Shown: positions 26,036-32,000 of the stretch, in pieces
Layout: each line of letters starts with the position of its first letter
How positions within the stretch are numbered: the first letter of the stretch is position 1
DNA from: Candidatus Brockarchaeota archaeon
GTDB lineage: Archaea > Thermoproteota > EX4484-205 > JAAOZO01
NCBI GenBank assembly: GCA_017601145.1
Contig: JAFNIV010000010.1
Location: 6,950 to 38,949 of the forward strand
Length of the DNA stretch: 32,000 nt
Direction: 5' to 3'
The notes under the pieces: model-generated
Database searches by the model: none
Told to the model about the DNA's origin: nothing
The model's input: the letters and a program-made list of their open reading frames with translations, nothing else
Program-made: the position numbers and the translations under genes

Positions 26036-26892
26036 ACTGACTTAATTATTTCTTCTAGTGCTAAGCAGTTTTCCTTAGCTTTCTTAAGAGCTATTTCTAA
26101 AGTTACTTCTTTAACTTCAGGGTCAAACTCTGGAGGGCATTCAAGAGTTAAGAATCCATTGAAACCAGCCTCTTTTAAAAGTTTTACAATCTTCTTCCAT
26201 TCTACGCTTCCTTTAAGTAAGTGTCTAAATCCAGTTATGTTTCCAACGTTTGTATCGAAATCTTTTGCATGAACATTCGATATCATCCCTTTCAGTGTAT
26301 GAATCCAGTTTTCAGGATAAGCTATTGCCATTAAGTTTGCTACATCTAGATAAACCTTAACATTTTCAAGTCCAACATCTTGTATAAACTTTTTGAATTC
26401 TATAGGTGAATATAGAAACTTATTCCAAACATTTTCTATAGCAACAGTTACTCCAAAATCTTTTGCATAGGATCCAAGCTCTTTTATTGACTTTACTGAA
26501 TTTTCATAAACCTTTTCATAAGGAATACTCGGAGAAGCTACTGCTGGAACAACAAGTATAGACTTAGCTCCAACAGCATTAGCCATTCTAATTCCTGCTT
26601 TCCCATATTCAATTCCTTTTCTTCTTAAGTTTTCATCGCTAGAGCCCAAATTATACTTCCAGAATACACCAGTCGCAACACTTGGTATTTCAAGTCCATG
26701 TAGTATAAAGTTTTCAGCAATCTCTTTTATTTCTTCCCTAACTTTTTTTGTTGGATCAAAATAACTATCATCGAACACAAGTTCAACTCCATCATAACCA
26801 ATTTCCTTTATCTTACCTGCAAGTTCTTTGTTTGAAAGTTCTTTGGTCAAACTTGGCCAGTTTAAGCTCCATAGGTTTATTCCCTTTTTCAT
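26032..26892 (-). CDS. Sugar phosphate isomerase/epimerase (xylose isomerase-like TIM barrel)
   Basis: IKEIGYDGVELVFDD...VAIENVWNKFLYSPIEFKKFIQDVG...VKVYLDVANLMA...HAKDFD...GSVEWKKIVKLLKEAGFNGFLTLECP. Confidence 0.85.
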   Translation of the reverse strand: MKKGINLWSLNWPSLTKELSNKELAGKIKEIGYDGVELVFDDSYFDPTKKVREEIKEIAENFILHGLEIPSVATGVFWKYNLGSSDENLRRKGIEYGKAGIRMANAVGAKSILVVPAVASPSIPYEKVYENSVKSIKELGSYAKDFGVTVAIENVWNKFLYSPIEFKKFIQDVGLENVKVYLDVANLMAIAYPENWIHTLKGMISNVHAKDFDTNVGNITGFRHLLKGSVEWKKIVKLLKEAGFNGFLTLECPPEFDPEVKEVTLEIALKKAKENCLALEEIIKSV

Positions 26893-26945
26893 GTTTTTAT
26901 TATTTATAAGTAAAACTATTTAAAGTTTTTTAGTAGTAAAAACTT

Positions 26946-27902
26946 ATGAGTTGTAAGGTTGGACTTGCATATGGACAAGAACTCCTCCTTTACTCTTTTC
27001 CTGGAAATCACCCAATGAACAGCAAAAGAATAGCTACTTTTTATGAAAAAGTTAAGAATGAAAAAATCTTAGATAGAAAGAACGTTGTAGTCGTAAAACC
27101 AAGGCTTGCAAACGAAGAAGAACTAACACTTTTTCATTCTAAAAGCTATGTTTCATTCGTAAAAGAAAAATCAATCTATGGAGAAGGAGTGCTTGATGAT
27201 GAGGATACTCCCGCATTTAAAGGAGTTTTTGAGGCAGCTTCTTATGTAGTTGGAACTACGTTAAAACTAGTTGATATGATCATGGAAAATAGTATAGATC
27301 ATGGTTTTAACCCAATGGGAGGATTACATCATGCACAGAAAAACTCCGCTGCTGGCTTTTGCGTGTTTAATGATGCTGCAATTGCATTACTAAGACTTAA
27401 AACTTACTATAAGTTAAATAGAATTCTTTACTTTGACATAGATGCGCATCATAGTGATGGAATTTATTATCCATTTGAGGAAGATGGTTGGCTTTATTAT
27501 GTCGATATCCACGAAGATGGAAGGTACCTTTATCCTGGTACTGGAAGTAAAGAAGAAAGAGGCAAAGGAGAAGGTTACGGAAAGAAGATTAACATTCCAT
27601 TAAAACCAAAATCCGGTAATAAAGAGTTTTTGTTTGCTCTTAGCAGTGTAAAATCATTCTTAAGAGAGGCTAAACCTGAGTTTATAGTCCTTCAGGCTGG
27701 AGGAGATGGTATTGAAGGTGATCCGATTACTGACTTAAGGTATTCTAAAAAAGCTCATGAGGAAACTACTCGTCTCTTACACAATGTTTCTCATGAGTTT
27801 TCTAACGGAAGACTTCTCATCCTCGGAGGGGGTGGCTACAACGTTGAAAACACTTCAAATGCATGGATTTCTATTCTTAAAGTCCTTGTTGGAGAAAGTT
27901 AA
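26946..27902 (+). CDS. Histone deacetylase/acetoin utilisation (AcuC)-family deacetylase
   Basis: GGLHHAQKNSAAGFCVFNDAAIA, RILYFDIDAHHSDGI, VLQAGGDGIEGDPITDL, LGGGGYNVENTSNAW: all catalytic/metal motifs present. Confidence 0.88.
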   Translation: MSCKVGLAYGQELLLYSFPGNHPMNSKRIATFYEKVKNEKILDRKNVVVVKPRLANEEELTLFHSKSYVSFVKEKSIYGEGVLDDEDTPAFKGVFEAASYVVGTTLKLVDMIMENSIDHGFNPMGGLHHAQKNSAAGFCVFNDAAIALLRLKTYYKLNRILYFDIDAHHSDGIYYPFEEDGWLYYVDIHEDGRYLYPGTGSKEERGKGEGYGKKINIPLKPKSGNKEFLFALSSVKSFLREAKPEFIVLQAGGDGIEGDPITDLRYSKKAHEETTRLLHNVSHEFSNGRLLILGGGGYNVENTSNAWISILKVLVGES

Positions 27903-27934
27903 CTTTATAATTAGTATTTATCATCAAAAAGGCA

Positions 27935-28405
27935 ATGTTTAAGTGGATAGTAAATGAAAAAATTGCAGGAGCTTCAATACCAATTAATGTTGAAGATTTG
28001 CAGATATGGAAAAATGAAGGTATTAAGGCTGTAGTTGTACTTGCAGAAACTCATGAAATTTCTAGATACTGGACAGATACAAGTTATTATTTTGATGTTC
28101 TTAAAGATAATAAATTAGATTTTCTGCATAGCCCTATTAAAGATTTTCATGCTCCATCATTAGAACAGCTCGAGAATATAATCAATTGGATAAATCACAA
28201 GATTGCTATAGGCAAGCCTGTTGTAGTTCATTGTCATGGAGGCATAGGACGAACAGGGATCATTCTTGCAGCTTATCTTGTTGAAAATGGGGCTAAGCCC
28301 GATGTTGCGATCCTCGAGATTAAGAAACAAATTCCATTTTCTCTAGAATTAGAAGAGCAAATTAATATCGTTTACAAGTATTATTGGAAGAAGAAAAATA
28401 TTTAG
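27935..28405 (+). CDS. Dual-specificity-like protein tyrosine phosphatase
   Basis: Active-site loop VVHCHGGIGRTGIILAAYL (HCxxGxxR); upstream general-acid region PIKDFHAPSLEQ. Confidence 0.88.
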   Translation: MFKWIVNEKIAGASIPINVEDLQIWKNEGIKAVVVLAETHEISRYWTDTSYYFDVLKDNKLDFLHSPIKDFHAPSLEQLENIINWINHKIAIGKPVVVHCHGGIGRTGIILAAYLVENGAKPDVAILEIKKQIPFSLELEEQINIVYKYYWKKKNI

Positions 28406-28693
28406 AAATCTAAGGTTTTTAATTTAATCTTTTTTCTGAATGAATCAAAAAGAATATTTTAACTATCATGAAATAAGTAAGCGTGTAAAGTTTTCAAATA
28501 GGTAAAAAGTTTTTCTTTAAAGCTAATGTTTAAGAAAATTTACTTTTTGAATGACCTAATGTTTTGAGTCGTACAAATGTAATTTTGTACTTATAAGTTT
28601 AACCATAATGGCTTATTCATCTTTATTAGACTTACTAACCTAAGCCTTTTTAAAGACAAGTTCCACTTTAGGAGCCAACTTTTAGTTAAGGTG

Positions 28694-31015
28694 CTACTCT
28701 TGTCTTTCTATTGCGCTAGGCCTTATTTTTCCGTCAATAACTTCGTATACCCTTTCTCTTGATTCGAAAACATCAGTTATATGAGTAACAACCACGACTT
28801 GGTCGATATACTTCGTTAAATCTTCTCTCAATAAGTTAACGATAGATTGCCTTCTGTTATAATCAGAAGAAGAAAGTGGTTCATCTAAGATTAAGAACTT
28901 TGGGTAAGTACCTTTTGAAGATGGAAGTATTGAAAGAACAAAGGAAAGTCTCATGGCAAGCAAAAGCTGATCTACAGTCCCTCCACTGTATACATCTTTT
29001 CTTATAAACTTCTTAGCTTCAGGATCATAAACACTTATCTCAAAGTTTTCATCTATTTTTACAGCTTTATACTTTCCATTTGTTATCTTCGAAATAAGTA
29101 GGTTCATATTTCTTTCCATCCTTGGCCTAAAGGCGTTTCTAATTTCGTTTATAGATCTGTCTATAAGTTCAAGCGCGATATGGAGTATTTCTGCTCTATG
29201 TTTAAGTTTCTTTAGTTCTTCCTCAAGTTCATTAAGCCTTAACTTTAGTTTTTCTTCTTTACTTACTTCTTCTTCTAAACTTCTAAGTTGCTCTTCTAGT
29301 GTAGTTAAGCTCCCCCTGATTTTTCCTTCTTCTTGTAGGTAAGAAGAAAGTAAATTTTCAACCTTTTTCTGTGCTTCTTCTAGATTAGTTTTGTTCAAGC
29401 TCTCAAGGTCAATTTTTTCATTGTAGTTTACTAAAATTGTTTTAAAAAGCGTATTAAGTTCTGTTGCTCTTTCTCTATACTGTAAACTAAGCTTAGCTTT
29501 ATCTTCTATTTTTTTATCAAGTTCTTTCATCCTAGATATATCTGACATTGATTTTGCGTATGCTTCAGTGAATCCATTTTTAGATATAACTTTGTAGTAT
29601 GGATCAAGCAAGCTGTTTAGAGAGATTATTCTTTCATTTATTTCCTGTCTTTTTCTTTCAATGTCTTTTATTTCGTTCTCGACATCTTTCAACTTCTTTG
29701 AAGTTGTGTTATAGTTATCTATTTTTTGAAATATTATATTTAGTTCAGAAAGTAAAACATTTTCTTGCTTGTCTATTCTGTTTCTTCTTGTGTAGTATTC
29801 TCTTGTAATAAGAAGAGCCGAAGCAGCAAGAACAGCAACAGTAAATAAAGATGCTAACTTAAAGTTAAGTAATAAGCTTATTAAAGATGTTATTAAGGAT
29901 AACAACATAGTGCTGAAGAAGAATAAAACTTTTTTCTCTCTAATGAACTCGCTAAAGTTTTTGAGTTTCTGAATTTTCTTTAAGTTAAGTTGTATGTCTT
30001 CTTTTTTCTTATTTAGTTCAGTCAAGTTTATTCCTTCTACGTTTCTTTCTATTTCTATCTTCTTACTTGTTCTGCTAGCTAGTTCACTATCTAGTTGAGA
30101 AAGTTCAGTAATGCAACTTCTCATGTTTTCCATTGTTAACTTCAATCTTTGTTCTCCTCCAGAATTTTCTATTCTGTTCTTTAACTCTTCTAGGTTGGAT
30201 ATTTCTTCTTGAATTGAGTTTATTTGGGTCTCAATTTGTTTTAGCTCTTTGTCTATGTTCTTTGCCTTTACAAGAAGAGAAAGTTTCTCTTTCTCTTTTT
30301 TAAGACTTTGAGCCTCTTTTCCTACCTGCTCTAGTCTTTTTAAATAATTGTTCATGCTCTTTTTAATATTCTCTATATCTGTCTTTTTCTTGCTTATATC
30401 TTCAAGTTCTTTCTTTATAGGCTCAATCTCTAAGCTTATTTCTCTTATTTTTCCTCCTCCTCTTTGAGTGCCTTCAATTTCTTTTAGTTCATCATTTGTT
30501 AACTTCTTTACTTGATCCAAGAAATCAATGTTTAACAAACTGTTTATTAGTTGTTGTCTGTTTTGGTTTCCAAGTTCAATTAGTTTGCCAAGTTCTTTCT
30601 GGTTTACTACATTTGTTACCTCCACTTCTTTCCATCCAAGCCCACCTAAAAGTTTACTTAGCTCTTCATTTACTTTCTCAACCTTTAGCGCTATAAGCTT
30701 GTAGCTGTTTTCTTCTAGCTTAGTAAGCTTAGCTGAAGAACCTAAAGTTGTTATTTCTCTTTCTACAATGAATATGTTCCCAGAATCTTCAAACTCAAGC
30801 TTAACGTAAGCTCTTTTTTCCCCATAACTTATAGCTTCCTGAATCTTACTTCCAGTTCTAACTTTTCCAAAGAGTGCAAAAAGTATGGCTTCTATTATCG
30901 TTGATTTTCCAGCCTCATTTTCTCCAACAAGCACAGTTAGTCCGTTTTCAAAACTTATTTCTACATCAGTAAGCTTCCTAAAGTTCTTTACTTTAAGCTT
31001 CCTAAGAACCACCAT
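28694..31015 (-). CDS. Rad50/SbcC/YhaN-like SMC-family ATPase with a central transmembrane hairpin instead of a zinc hook
   Basis: 773 aa; Walker A GENEAGKST, long coiled coils, signature YSGGTVDQLLLAMRLSFV, Walker B FLILDEPLSSSD, H-loop VVVTHITDVF; no CxxC anywhere; hydrophobic pair VLFFFSTMLLSLITSLISLLL / FKLASLFTVAVLAASALLI at about aa 363-405. Confidence 0.88.
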   Translation of the reverse strand: MVVLRKLKVKNFRKLTDVEISFENGLTVLVGENEAGKSTIIEAILFALFGKVRTGSKIQEAISYGEKRAYVKLEFEDSGNIFIVEREITTLGSSAKLTKLEENSYKLIALKVEKVNEELSKLLGGLGWKEVEVTNVVNQKELGKLIELGNQNRQQLINSLLNIDFLDQVKKLTNDELKEIEGTQRGGGKIREISLEIEPIKKELEDISKKKTDIENIKKSMNNYLKRLEQVGKEAQSLKKEKEKLSLLVKAKNIDKELKQIETQINSIQEEISNLEELKNRIENSGGEQRLKLTMENMRSCITELSQLDSELASRTSKKIEIERNVEGINLTELNKKKEDIQLNLKKIQKLKNFSEFIREKKVLFFFSTMLLSLITSLISLLLNFKLASLFTVAVLAASALLITREYYTRRNRIDKQENVLLSELNIIFQKIDNYNTTSKKLKDVENEIKDIERKRQEINERIISLNSLLDPYYKVISKNGFTEAYAKSMSDISRMKELDKKIEDKAKLSLQYRERATELNTLFKTILVNYNEKIDLESLNKTNLEEAQKKVENLLSSYLQEEGKIRGSLTTLEEQLRSLEEEVSKEEKLKLRLNELEEELKKLKHRAEILHIALELIDRSINEIRNAFRPRMERNMNLLISKITNGKYKAVKIDENFEISVYDPEAKKFIRKDVYSGGTVDQLLLAMRLSFVLSILPSSKGTYPKFLILDEPLSSSDYNRRQSIVNLLREDLTKYIDQVVVVTHITDVFESRERVYEVIDGKIRPSAIERQE

Positions 31016-32000
31016 TACTGCTGAGAAACCTCCTTAAGTTTAGAATCCAAATAGGATAAGGCTTCTTCAAGCATCTTCTTCTTTTCTTCATCTTTCTCTT
31101 CATTTATCTTCTGCCTTATAAAATCATAGAAAAATTCTATTGGAGTTTTATCTATATTGCTAACTTCATTCCCTTCTTCCTTTAGCACTAAGTCAGCATC
31201 ATTAATCTCAAGTAAAAAGAAGTACTTTTCCAAATTTCTAAGCAGTTCAACTTTATTATAGTACTGGAAAGTTTGAAAGTCAACTCTTCCCTTTAAATCT
31301 ACCCTAAGGATTAAGTTTTCATCTTTTAACTTAAGTATTTCGTTCTGAATATAGCTCTGAATATTTTTTTCGTTTGAACTGTTAATTTCCAGAGAAACTC
31401 TTTGCATTGGTCTAGTTTCTAGATTAATGAAAGTTTGCTTCTGTACTAAGTTGTCTTCAAGTTCAATAAGATAAAATCCTTTTTTATCTTCAGCCTCATC
31501 AAAAGTAAGTTTTTCTGTACTTCCAGGGTATATAATTGTAGTATTCCCTAAAACCTTTATCTCTGGTTTGTGTAAATGTCCAGCAGCAACGTAGTTAACA
31601 TACTTAGGAATCTTACTTGCTTTAACTATCGGCTCAAGTGCATATGGATACTTTTGTTTTACCCCAGTTATTGAATAGTGGAGCATTAATATGTTGAAGT
31701 CTCCCTCTTCAGGTATCTTTACATTCGATAAAGGATCATCTGAAGCACCAAAGTTATGGTTGAAGGATAGTCCACTTATTGTTAAGCTTAAATCCCCAAT
31801 CTTTAAATTTTCAGTTTCGACCTCTTCAGTAGAACCAAAAAACCTAGCGTATCCTGATTTCTCAAACAAGAGAAGAGGAGACTCTGCTTCTTCAACAGAC
31901 CTTGGCATGTCATGATTCCCTCCTATCATAAAAATCTTAGTTCCATTTGAAGTTAAATCTCTAAACCACTTCATCAAGCTACTTCTAGGTGGGTTTCTAG
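31015..32000 (-). CDS. Mre11/SbcD/YhaO-like nuclease, N-terminus cut by the right window edge
   Basis: ...RNPPRSSLMKWFRDLTSNGTKIFMIGGNHDMPRS..., ILMLHYSITGV, VAAGHLHKPEI, NTTIIYPGSTEKLTF. The reading frame stays open past the track's ATG at 31977 to the window edge. Stop overlaps the ATPase start (TAATG). Confidence 0.85.
   Translation of the reverse strand, partial: RNPPRSSLMKWFRDLTSNGTKIFMIGGNHDMPRSVEEAESPLLLFEKSGYARFFGSTEEVETENLKIGDLSLTISGLSFNHNFGASDDPLSNVKIPEEGDFNILMLHYSITGVKQKYPYALEPIVKASKIPKYVNYVAAGHLHKPEIKVLGNTTIIYPGSTEKLTFDEAEDKKGFYLIELEDNLVQKQTFINLETRPMQRVSLEINSSNEKNIQSYIQNEILKLKDENLILRVDLKGRVDFQTFQYYNKVELLRNLEKYFFLLEINDADLVLKEEGNEVSNIDKTPIEFFYDFIRQKINEEKDEEKKKMLEEALSYLDSKLKEVSQQ

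Noticed and set aside
25608-26045. Plus-strand 145-aa ORF
   Set aside because: Antisense to the PUA-domain gene; Ser/Ile/Phe-rich shadow translation.
1-32000. CRISPR arrays, rRNA genes, inteins in rpoA/rpoB, toxin-antitoxin or defence islands
   Set aside because: No regularly spaced direct repeats, no rRNA-like sequence, no intein motifs inside the polymerase subunits, and no recognisable defence genes other than TnpB and the unusual Mre11/Rad50-like pair.

Overview
This is a 32 kb AT-rich archaeal chromosomal window, dominated by conserved information-processing genes. It carries exosome rrp4-rrp41-rrp42, L37Ae and prefoldin beta; a convergent rpoH-rpoB-rpoA-L30e-NusA-like-S12-S7 operon; and an S19e-PDCD5-L39e-L31e-eIF6 cluster. 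The RNA polymerase large subunit A is one uninterrupted ORF (A'+A'' fused). Also present are an ECF transporter energising module (two ATPases plus T component), a SIS-domain sugar isomerase, a Nep1-like methyltransferase, a SWIM-domain protein facing a metallophosphoesterase, a PUA protein, an HDAC-family deacetylase and a dual-specificity-like phosphatase. The most interesting observations are: (1) an Mre11-like/Rad50-like pair at the right edge whose Rad50-like ATPase has no CxxC zinc hook and instead has two hydrophobic segments at the exact centre of its coiled coil; (2) tRNA-Asp(GTC) and tRNA-Tyr(GTA), convergently oriented, each interrupted by two short introns (anticodon loop and T-loop) with recognisable bulge-helix-bulge geometry; (3) an IS200/IS605 element whose TnpB keeps its RuvC residues but lacks the Cys4 zinc finger; (4) a 246-bp internally deleted derivative of that element type near the tRNAs, with conserved ends, a TnpB C-terminal remnant and possible omega-RNA-like segment, and a terminal hairpin whose 10-bp core is exactly inverted relative to the full-length copy; (5) a second TnpB remnant on the opposite strand next to it. 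No CRISPR array or rRNA was seen.
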